Notes: generated by a model not told the origin, from the sequence alone. Positions 19,539 through 26,375 are shown, numbered from the stretch's first letter. The stretch is 32,000 nucleotides of DNA from Nitrosomonas europaea (GCF_900167395.1 NZ_FUWK01000011.1:1-32000), one strand, 5' to 3'. Program-made: numbers and translations.

Positions 19539-19774
19539 AAATCAATGTCATCCAACGGTGCCAATCTGGTATCAATATCAGAAAAATTTTCCTCAAGTGG
19601 TGCCAACTCTGCCAACACTACCAGCAAGCCTTTTGGGGGTACCGGTTCAATAATCAAACGATTACCTTCCCGGCGCATGATTACCTCCTGCGCATTCAGC
19701 TCGAATTCGCGAGGAATACGCACAGCCTGATTCTTGCCGTTACGAAACAATCTGACATAACGTTCAGATAACAT
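19535..19774 (-). CDS. vapB: VapB antitoxin (AbrB/SpoVT-type)
   Basis: Start at MLSERYVRLFRNGKNQAVRIPREFEL (AGGAG Shine-Dalgarno 8 nt upstream). The SpoVT/AbrB-like NxQAVRIP motif is present. Confidence 0.8.
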   Translation of the reverse strand: MLSERYVRLFRNGKNQAVRIPREFELNAQEVIMRREGNRLIIEPVPPKGLLVVLAELAPLEENFSDIDTRLAPLDDIDL

Positions 19775-19940
19775 GGTATTACTCCTATTCCTAAACATAG
19801 GTCAAGCATATGTTTCTTCTAACAGATCGTCAATGTATCGACTCGCTTAGCCTGCAAATTTCACGATAATCCTTGATTCTGGTTTTTCGTGATTTTTGAC
19901 TCACTATGCTGGATTTAACTCTGACGGGTAGCGGAACGTA

Positions 19941-20360
19941 GCGATCCAGTAATAACGTTAGCAGATATGCAGAATCACCATTTCTGTCATCGTTATAACA
20001 GCACTGCTAAAGGCGCTTGAATAGCGCAGCCAGCCACAGAATGACATTTCCCGCAAGCGTTTGTCGATAAAGCCCGGTATGGTACAAATCCGCAAGCCAG
20101 TTCCATAATGAAGCATTTCGGAAGCGGGAAAATTCGTCATAGATGAACCTATTTTCCGCTGTCAGTTTCTCCGCAAGCCTGACAACGCCTCGATATTGCG
20201 TGCATTCCACTGCCGATATCTCCCGGACAGCATCAGACCAAAACGACTGAATTTGGCAATAAATCCACCATCTGCCCCGATCAGGTTGGTAGCATGCTGG
20301 CGATAGCGCAAACCGGGAGCAATAAAGCGCCGGGATTTTGCGGGAAATACCACCTATCAA
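19941..20360 (-). pseudogene. Copy 1 (longest) of a repeated gene 3' end remnant ('gene X'), frameshifted; includes about 65 bp of conserved 3' UTR
   Basis: Ends ...FIYDEFSRFRNASLWNWLADLYHTGLYRQTLAGNVILWLAALFKRL* (stop at 20007-20009). The upstream part reads better in another frame (...LIGADGGFIAKFSRFGLMLSGR), implying a frameshift near 20200. Family not recognised. Confidence 0.7.
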
Positions 20361-20465
20361 ATCATCAATGGCAAAGTGGAAAAATTATTGCAATTGCCCC
20401 TTTTGACTACCTCTGTCTTTGCAGGCAAAGCAATCCAGTCATTCCATTTCCACCCGATTTGATGA

Positions 20466-20672
20466 CAAAATGCACACATATGTAACGGAGGACTGCTGGA
20501 TGACATCATCCATCCAAATACTACGGATTACCCAAATCAACGAATATTTGTGATCCAGATTCATGATTATGTCTATCTGGTGCCTTACGTGGAAAACCAG
20601 GATGAGATTTTTCTTAAGACGATTATCCCCAGCAGAAAATTCACCAGGATATACCTCGGAGGTGAAATATGA
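20466..20672 (+). pseudogene. 5'-truncated toxin gene remnant (BrnT/DUF497-like by context)
   Basis: The frame opens after a TGA and has no in-frame start. Peptide ...DDIIHPNTTDYPNQRIFVIQIHDYVYLVPYVENQDEIFLKTIIPSRKFTRIYLGGEI*. ATGA overlap with the following RHH antitoxin gene. Confidence 0.45.
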
Positions 20673-20969
20673 ACAAAGGAAAACTATCACAGGAAGAGAA
20701 AACGCTGCTTGATGCTGTGGAGTCCGGCGAGTACGAATCGTACGCTAACCAAATCACGCAAGAAAGAACTTGAGGCTGCGGCCAACCTTACCTTCAAGAA
20801 GGATAAAAGAATAAATATTCGCATATCGAACAGGGATCTTGTCGCTATTCAGTCCAGAGCAATTGAAGAAGGCATCCCATATCAAACGCTTGTCTCCAGT
20901 ATTATTCATAAATACATATCTGGCTCACTGCAAGATCTCACAGCGCGCAAATCGGGCAAACCCGGCTGA
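20669..20969 (+). pseudogene. Frameshifted CopG/RHH (BrnA-like) antitoxin gene
   Basis: The N-terminal frame MNKGKLSQEEKTLLDAVESGEYES... stops at about 20770. The C-terminal part is in another frame: ...KKELEAAANLTFKKDKRINIRISNRDLVAIQSRAIEEGIPYQTLVSSIIHKYISG. A frameshift near 20745 is implied. Confidence 0.6.
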
Positions 20970-21149
20970 GGTACAAACCGCATCTCCTGTGGAACTGGAT
21001 TGCCTCAATTTTCACGGTCTTCGTGAATCGCAACGTGACATGGCGATCCAGTCCCTGTACCGCCTGTCTCTCTGGATTGCTGCACTTCGTACTCCAAAGA
21101 CACAGCAGATCCAACCTCCGCAGTCTTTGCGAACCCTGCAAGGGTGAAG

Positions 21150-21340
21150 TAATCCAGAGACAACACTAGCAGATATGCAAAGCTGCCGATTTTTGTCATC
21201 GTTATAATAGCACTGTTAAAGGCGCTTGAATAACGCCGCCAGCCGGTTCCACAGTAAAGCATTGCGGAAGTGGGAAAATTCGTCATAGATGAGCCAACTC
21301 TCCGGGGTTAGTTTTTCACGCAAATCTGACAATACTACCT
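21150..21340 (-). repeat. Copy 2 of the gene-X 3' end remnant (with an internal 21-codon deletion)
   Basis: Reads ...VVLSDLREKLTPESWLIYDEFSHFRNALLWNRLAALFKRL* (stop at 21215-21217). The 3' UTR matches copy 1 (tagcagatatgca...gtcatcgttataa.agcactg.taaagg). Confidence 0.75.
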
Positions 21341-21365
21341 TTTCGGTTGAAAGATCATTTTTGAT

Positions 21366-21394
21366 TTGACATGAAATCTATTGCTATCTAATAT
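21366..21394 (+). promoter_or_regulatory. Sigma70-type promoter TTGACA-17 nt-TAATAT, ending 6 nt before the ATG
   Basis: TTGACA at 21366-21371 and TAATAT at 21389-21394; ATG at 21401. No Shine-Dalgarno in between. Confidence 0.6.
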
Positions 21395-21400
21395 CGACTC

Positions 21401-21721
21401 ATGAAAACCAGCTTTAAGCGCCCATTCGCCCAGTATGTCAAGAAAGCTACCAAACCGCTGCGGCTAGCGATCGAAGATGAGGTGGAAATGATATGTGAAA
21501 CACCAGAAATTGGCGAGCTCAAGGCCGGGGATCTGGCTGATGTTCGGGTTTACAAGTTCCGGTTCAATCAGCAAGAGTATCTAATAGCTTACCGATCGCC
21601 TACCAGAAACACACCTGTTGAATTTATGATCATCGACTTCTATCAAATCGGTACGCACGAAAACTTTTACGACAAACTGAAACAGTACTTGCGACACGAT
21701 AAAAATCCGAGAGAAATATGA
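21401..21721 (+). CDS. RelE/ParE-superfamily toxin
   Basis: 106 aa. ...GELKAGDLADVRVYKFRFNQQEYLIAYRS...IIDFYQIGTHENFY fits the RelE/ParE fold pattern. ATGA overlap with the next gene. Confidence 0.7.
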   Translation: MKTSFKRPFAQYVKKATKPLRLAIEDEVEMICETPEIGELKAGDLADVRVYKFRFNQQEYLIAYRSPTRNTPVEFMIIDFYQIGTHENFYDKLKQYLRHDKNPREI

Positions 21722-22035
21722 TGAGCCATACCTTAACTGCCGAAGAGTTATACGCTGAAATAAAGAGAATGCCGATAGCTGAACGGATTCGATTCTTTTC
21801 CCTGCTGGCGGACAGCGCCTTCCGTGAGGATGATTTCACCCATGAGCAGATATTTGGTGAAACATATCAGGAACCGTTCTCGGCCCCGGAAGCAGCAGAA
21901 TATCTGGAGATATCGTTGCCCACGCTGCGCCGCTATGTGCAGTCAGGCAAATTGGTGCCCAGCTGTATCGTAGGCCGCAACCAGATGTTCTCTGCCCAAA
22001 CCTTGCGTACCTTCAAGAGAAACCGTGGCAACTGA
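21718..22035 (+). CDS. Putative antitoxin with a C-terminal excisionase/MerR-type HTH
   Basis: 105 aa. The HTH segment is APEAAEYLEISLPTLRRYVQSGKL. It lies immediately downstream of the toxin and is translationally coupled to it. Confidence 0.6.
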   Translation: MMSHTLTAEELYAEIKRMPIAERIRFFSLLADSAFREDDFTHEQIFGETYQEPFSAPEAAEYLEISLPTLRRYVQSGKLVPSCIVGRNQMFSAQTLRTFKRNRGN

Positions 22036-22038
22036 GAG

Positions 22039-23106
22039 ATGAATCACGATCACGGTTATAAACTGCTGTTTTCCCACGCTGAAATGGTGGCAGACCTGTT
22101 GCGTGGCTTTGTGAAAGAAGGCTGGGTTAATGAACTTGATTTCTCTACACTGGAAAAGATTAACGGCAGCTATATTAGCGATGATTTGAGAGAGCGCCAG
22201 GACGACATCATCTGGCGTTTGCGCCGCAAGCAAGGCAAGCAAGACGAATGGCTGTACGTTTACCTGCTGCTGGAATTCCAATCTACTGTGGACTGGTTCA
22301 TGGCGGTGCGGATCATGACTTACATCGGCCTGCTGTATCAGGATCTCATCCGTAGTGAATCCATTAAAACGGGGGAACAGCTGCCACCGGTACTGCCGAT
22401 GGTTTTGTACAACGGAGATCATCGCTGGCAAGCGCCAGTGAATATGGGTGAGCTGATCTTGCCTGCACCTGGTGGGTTGGATCGTTATCGACCACAACTC
22501 AACTACCTGCTGCTGGACGAAGGCCGCTACCATGAACACGAACTGGTAGCATTACGTAATCTGACAGCCGCGTTATTCCGACTGGAGAACAGTCGCACCC
22601 CGGAAGATGTCCAACAAGTATTGCAGGCATTAATCACTTGGTTGCATACCCCGGAACAAGACAGCCTGCGACGTGCATTTACTGTCTGGCTAAAACGGGT
22701 ATTCTTACCAGGCAGAATGCCCAAAACCAGCTTCGATGAAATTCATGATTTACAGGAGGTATACAGCATGCTTTCAGAACGTGTCAAAGATTGGACCAAA
22801 GACTGGAAACAACAGGGAATTGAGGAAGGCAAACAAATCGGTATCCAGGAAGGTAAGCGGATAGGTATCCAGGAAGGCAAACAGATAGGTATCCGTGAAG
22901 GACGGCAGGAAGGACGGCAGGAAGGACGGCAGGAAGGACGATTGGAGGGTGAGGTAGAATTTTTTTTGAGGCTGCTGGAACGAAAATTTGGTCCGGCAGA
23001 TGAAATTACCCAGACTCGTATTAAATCTGCAGATTCGCAGACTTTGTTGCGCTGGGGTGAGCGGATTCTGGTAGCACAAACTATCGAAGAAGTATTCGAA
23101 GAGTAA
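22039..23106 (+). CDS. Rpn-family recombination-promoting nuclease / putative transposase (YhgA-like PD-(D/E)XK)
   Basis: N-terminus MNHDHGYKLLFSHAEMVADLLRGF, then ...DDIIWRL...YVYLLLEFQST (D...ExQ/K nuclease core). The C-terminal EG-rich repeats are typical of Rpn/YhgA proteins. Confidence 0.8.
   Translation: MNHDHGYKLLFSHAEMVADLLRGFVKEGWVNELDFSTLEKINGSYISDDLRERQDDIIWRLRRKQGKQDEWLYVYLLLEFQSTVDWFMAVRIMTYIGLLYQDLIRSESIKTGEQLPPVLPMVLYNGDHRWQAPVNMGELILPAPGGLDRYRPQLNYLLLDEGRYHEHELVALRNLTAALFRLENSRTPEDVQQVLQALITWLHTPEQDSLRRAFTVWLKRVFLPGRMPKTSFDEIHDLQEVYSMLSERVKDWTKDWKQQGIEEGKQIGIQEGKRIGIQEGKQIGIREGRQEGRQEGRQEGRLEGEVEFFLRLLERKFGPADEITQTRIKSADSQTLLRWGERILVAQTIEEVFEE
22768..23106 (+). CDS. Candidate intragenic in-frame small protein (RpnS-like, 112 aa) inside the Rpn gene
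   Basis: Perfect AGGAGG (22754-22759) 8 nt upstream of the in-frame ATG at 22768. The product is MLSERVKDWTKDWKQQGIEEGK... to the Rpn stop codon. Confidence 0.4.
   Translation: MLSERVKDWTKDWKQQGIEEGKQIGIQEGKRIGIQEGKQIGIREGRQEGRQEGRQEGRLEGEVEFFLRLLERKFGPADEITQTRIKSADSQTLLRWGERILVAQTIEEVFEE
22816..22944 (+). repeat. In-frame tandem repeats: 24-bp units (x3-4) followed by 12-bp unit gaaggacggcag (x3 perfect plus 1 imperfect)
   Basis: Read directly. They encode GIEEGKQI GIQEGKRI GIQEGKQI GIREGRQ EGRQ EGRQ EGRL. Confidence 0.9.
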
Positions 23107-23154
23107 TGATTTCTGCATTTACGCACCCTTTCATCCCGCCATTGTGGTTGCAGG

Positions 23155-23278
23155 AGTGCAAAGTTGCCGGTTTCAGTCATCGTTACAACACACTGCTAAA
23201 AACATTTGAATAACGCCGCCAGCCACAGGGTGACATTTCCTGCAAAAGGCTGTCGATAAAGCCCTGTACGATACAAGC
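23155..23278 (-). repeat. Copy 3 of the gene-X 3' end remnant
   Basis: Reads ...GSLYRTGLYRQPFAGNVTLWLAALFKCF* (stop at 23196-23198). The 3' UTR segment gcaaagttgccggtttcagtcatcgttacaacacactgctaaaa matches copy 2. Confidence 0.75.
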
Positions 23279-23400
23279 TCCCCACTCTTTTCCTCTTTTC
23301 CTCTTTTACACAAAACACGCTTATTCCAGGCAAGCATAAAAGCGTAGGGTGACGGGATAAATCAGTGTTTCTCCAAGTTGGCGTTAATCTGTAATGTCGT

Positions 23401-23429
23401 TTGACGCTAATATCGCAACGCAATACTAT
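23401..23429 (+). promoter_or_regulatory. Sigma70-type promoter TTGACG-17 nt-TACTAT, ending 6 nt before the higB ATG
   Basis: TTGACG at 23401-23406 and TACTAT at 23424-23429; ATG at 23436. No Shine-Dalgarno in between. Confidence 0.55.
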
Positions 23430-23435
23430 ATACTC

Positions 23436-23717
23436 ATGACGATCAAGACATTTCGATGCGCGGATCCTGAAACCTTATTCAAGTTAGGGCGAGTTGCACG
23501 ATTTGTCAACATTGAGCGTCCAGCGTTACGCAAGCTCAAGCAACTTGATTTAGCACGGTGCATTGAGGATATACGTGTGCCGCCCGCGAATCGGCCGGAG
23601 ATATTGAAAGGCGACCGTGCCGGGCAGCACAGTATCCGCATCAACGACCAGTGGCGTGTGTGCTTCCGCTGGACGGGCACGGATGCAGAAGATGTTGAGA
23701 TTGTGGATTACCACTGA
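23436..23717 (+). CDS. higB: HigB-type toxin (plasmid maintenance system killer, RelE superfamily)
   Basis: MTIKTFRCADPETLFKLGRV...PPANRPEILKGDRAGQHSIRINDQWRVCFRW...VEIVDYH matches the HigB/killer family pattern. Confidence 0.85.
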   Translation: MTIKTFRCADPETLFKLGRVARFVNIERPALRKLKQLDLARCIEDIRVPPANRPEILKGDRAGQHSIRINDQWRVCFRWTGTDAEDVEIVDYH

Positions 23718-23729
23718 TGGAGATTAACC

Positions 23730-24047
23730 ATGAATAATAAATTAACGCCGGTTTCCCCCGGCGAGATGCTGGCAGAGGAATTCTTAATTCCGCTGGGTAT
23801 GAGCAATTACCGTCTGGCAAAGGAAATTGGCGTATCAGCGCAGCGCATCGGTGAAATCGTAACGGGGAAGCGCGCCATTACCGTAGATACAGATTTGCGC
23901 CTATGCCGATTTTTTGGTCTGTCAGACGGATGGTGGTTGCGCCTACAAGTGGACTACGATATCGAGATGGCGCGCGGTGCGCTGGAAGAAACATTGGCGA
24001 AGATCAGACCGTGGGCAAATACCCAAGAGCATGGGACACCGGCCTGA
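23730..24047 (+). CDS. higA: HigA antitoxin (XRE-type HTH)
   Basis: PGEMLAEEFLIPLGMSNYRLAKEIGVSAQRIGEIVTGKRAITVDTDLRLCRFFG is the classic HigA/VapI signature. Confidence 0.9.
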   Translation: MNNKLTPVSPGEMLAEEFLIPLGMSNYRLAKEIGVSAQRIGEIVTGKRAITVDTDLRLCRFFGLSDGWWLRLQVDYDIEMARGALEETLAKIRPWANTQEHGTPA

Positions 24048-24119
24048 TCATTGTTCCCAGTGGATGGTTTCAACCACCATCAAAGTAAGAATACCGGGTC
24101 CCAAGAGCATCTATGTTGG

Positions 24120-24364
24120 CGTGATTCGATACATTACCGATACATTACCAGACCCGCCATGCAGCACAACAAGATGTGCTGCAGTATATTTCCATATTTT
24201 ATAACAGTCATCGACCACATTCATACTTGGGATACAAAAGCCAGAATCAATATGAGGCAGAAATGGAAAAATTAAAAAATGTCACTCAACTGGAGTATCC
24301 GGTTTTACTTGACCAGATCATAGCAAAGTGTCCGGGAGTATTAGGCCAGAACAAGGAGCAATGA
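24120..24364 (+). pseudogene. IS3-family transposase (OrfB) C-terminal remnant
   Basis: ...YQTRHAAQQDVLQYISIFYNSHRPHSYLGYKSQNQYE matches the conserved IS3 OrfB tail (YIExFYNxxRxHSxLGYxSP). The catalytic core is absent. An 11-bp tandem duplication gatacattacc sits at 24128-24149. Confidence 0.75.
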
Positions 24365-24365
24365 T

Positions 24366-26048
24366 ATGAACATCAACGCATCAATCATTGATCAGCGTTT
24401 GGCTGGTGTTCAAGATAAAATCAAGGAACGGGCGACCGAAGAGTTTGGCATCAGCGATGGCGATCGCCTCAGGTCGCTAGCCTTTGTTTACTTGTGCGTC
24501 GAAACCATGCTTGATCTCGATGTTGATGAAGCCTTCGATTGTCTGACCGACGGAGGCGGCGACTTTGGTGTGGATGCACTGCACATTACCGAAGAAATGG
24601 ATGGCGAGTTTGGCGTTACCCTGTTTCAAGGAAAGTACAAAAAAAATCTTGAGGGAAATTCAAATTTCGAACAAAACAGCATCGAAGCGATGGTCAATGC
24701 CATTCGCCATATCTTCGATCCGTCTGCCGATCTTGGCGCTATCAATGATCGACTGCGCGTCAAAGTGGAACAGGCTCGCTCTTTGATTCGAGATGGCCTG
24801 ATTCCGCGTGTTCGTGCCATCGCTTGTAATAATGGCCTCAAGTGGAACACGGATGGCCAACAGTCGATTGACCGTGCTGTTCTTGGTGATCAAGTTACCT
24901 GGGAACATGTTAATCACGACGTATTGATCGGTATCTTGCAGAGCATCAAACCGGTCGATGAAACCTTGCGGTTGACGGGCAAAGCCATGGTTGAAGACAT
25001 GAATTACAGCCGTGTATGCGTAGGGCGGATGCCCGTGGCTGAAGTGGCTGCGCTCATGAAAAATCATGGCGAAAAGCTGCTGGAGCGCAATATTAGACGC
25101 TATCTTGGGTTGCACGGAAATCGTGTAAATGAGGGTATCCGCGCTACATTGAGTTCAAATACGCCAGAGAATTTCTATTTTTTCAACAATGGGATAACCC
25201 TTGTTTGCGACAAATTCACCTACAATGCACTTCAACAAGGTGATTTTCAAATCAAAGTCAAGAACCTGCAGATCGTCAATGGTGGCCAGAGCTGTATGAC
25301 CATCCTCAAAACAGCCGAGGAACTTGAAAAAAATGGCCAGACCTTACCAGCGCAGGCAAGCGTCTTGATCCGGCTGTACGAACTGAGCAGCGATAACGAC
25401 GATGTGGTTCTGCAAATAACTCACGCCACCAACAGTCAAAACCCGGTGGACTTGAAGGATCTGCGCGCCAACGATGCCAGGCAGCAGCAGCTCGAACAAA
25501 GCATTCAAAACCTGGGCTATAGCTACCGACGCAAGCGCATGGATGCAACCACCAAGGCCACCGACATTACCACAGGTGCCGCAGCGGAGGCTGTACTGGC
25601 CATTTGGCGTAAAGCGCCACATCAGGCGAAATTTTTGACCCGCGAGCACTTCGGCAAGCTGTACGACACCATCTTTAGCGAGTCGCTCAATGGCGCTCAG
25701 GTGGTGATTGCAGCCTTGCTTTATCGCATCGCTGAAAATCACCGACGCCGGCCGCATGGTGATGATCCATTGTTCGTCCGCTATGCATCTTGCTTTATCG
25801 CCATGCAGATGGGAAAGCGGCTGCTCAAAGCACTGGATATCAAGCTCAATGGCCTGGACCACCGCAATTTTGCCCAGGCCAGACAATGGATTGAGGAACA
25901 GGGCGAAGCCGTGTTTGTAGTGTCCCGACAAGATATCGATACCGCACTCAAGGCTCTGTATGGGAACCAGGAAATTTCCGTGCAGCAACTCTCTGCCACC
26001 TTCCGCCGTGGTGATCTGATCGGGAAACTTGATCAGGTCGAGGTGTGA
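24366..26048 (+). CDS. AIPR-family (abortive infection phage resistance) protein
   Basis: 560 aa, with an AAGGAG Shine-Dalgarno. N-terminal ...CLTDGGGDFGVDALHI and central ...NFYFFNNGITLVCDKF...LQIVNGGQS match my recollection of Pfam AIPR (PF10592) motifs. Confidence 0.75.
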   Translation: MNINASIIDQRLAGVQDKIKERATEEFGISDGDRLRSLAFVYLCVETMLDLDVDEAFDCLTDGGGDFGVDALHITEEMDGEFGVTLFQGKYKKNLEGNSNFEQNSIEAMVNAIRHIFDPSADLGAINDRLRVKVEQARSLIRDGLIPRVRAIACNNGLKWNTDGQQSIDRAVLGDQVTWEHVNHDVLIGILQSIKPVDETLRLTGKAMVEDMNYSRVCVGRMPVAEVAALMKNHGEKLLERNIRRYLGLHGNRVNEGIRATLSSNTPENFYFFNNGITLVCDKFTYNALQQGDFQIKVKNLQIVNGGQSCMTILKTAEELEKNGQTLPAQASVLIRLYELSSDNDDVVLQITHATNSQNPVDLKDLRANDARQQQLEQSIQNLGYSYRRKRMDATTKATDITTGAAAEAVLAIWRKAPHQAKFLTREHFGKLYDTIFSESLNGAQVVIAALLYRIAENHRRRPHGDDPLFVRYASCFIAMQMGKRLLKALDIKLNGLDHRNFAQARQWIEEQGEAVFVVSRQDIDTALKALYGNQEISVQQLSATFRRGDLIGKLDQVEV

Positions 26049-26211
26049 TCGATGGCCTTCAACCAAACCAGGTCAGTTACGCCGGATTGCTTTGTCAGCT
26101 ACGCTTCCTCGCAAGGAAAGAAGAGGAATTGAGCGCATTACCATGCAAAGACAAAGCGAGCAGGAGCAGCTTTTCTCAATTTTCATCGTCTTCACGAGGC
26201 CGTTAGGCCGT

Positions 26212-26372
26212 GGCGATCCAGAAAATTTGAATAAGGTAGCTTATTTGAACATCGCTGTAACAGACTGCTAAAGGCGTTTGAATAACGCCGCCAGCCACAG
26301 AGTGATATTTCCTGCAAAAGCCTGTCGATAGAGTCTTGTGCGGTACAAACCTATAAGCCAGTTCCAGATTGA
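26212..26372 (-). repeat. Copy 4 of the gene-X 3' end remnant
   Basis: Reads SIWNWLIGLYRTRLYRQAFAGNITLWLAALFKRL* (stop at 26268-26270). It begins 3 codons after the TAG stop of the 26376-27482 gene. Confidence 0.75.
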
Positions 26373-26375
26373 ACA

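Noticed and set aside
22816-22944. CRISPR-like or non-coding repeat array
   Set aside because: The units are contiguous with no spacers, are 12 and 24 bp long, and are in frame within the Rpn ORF. They encode EG-rich peptide repeats.
23285-23308. Small tandem repeats: ctcttttc x3 at 23285-23308 and gatacattacc x2 at 24128-24149
   Set aside because: They are short slippage products in non-coding or scar DNA at cassette junctions. No function is evident, so they are noted only as junction debris.
23196-23423. ORF-track genes across the repeat units (23196-23423, 21005-21286, 19958-20140, 26029-26271)
   Set aside because: These are chance frames through the gene-X remnants and promoter regions. 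Only their terminal parts are conserved, and those are explained by the remnant model.
25344-26066. 240-aa minus-strand ORF opposite the AIPR gene
   Set aside because: It has no recognisable motif, no Shine-Dalgarno and no partner genes. The AIPR frame carries the family motifs. The same reasoning applies to 21943-22539 opposite the HTH and Rpn genes and to 24660-25115.
19941-26372. Chromosomal integron cassette array, with the repeats acting as attC sites and TA cassettes all in one orientation
   Set aside because: No intI gene is in the window. I could not find RYYYAAC / GTTRRRY core sites at the repeat edges. The repeats keep an open reading frame with many synonymous differences, which fits coding remnants better than attC hairpins. 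This remains an alternative to test with an attC covariance model.
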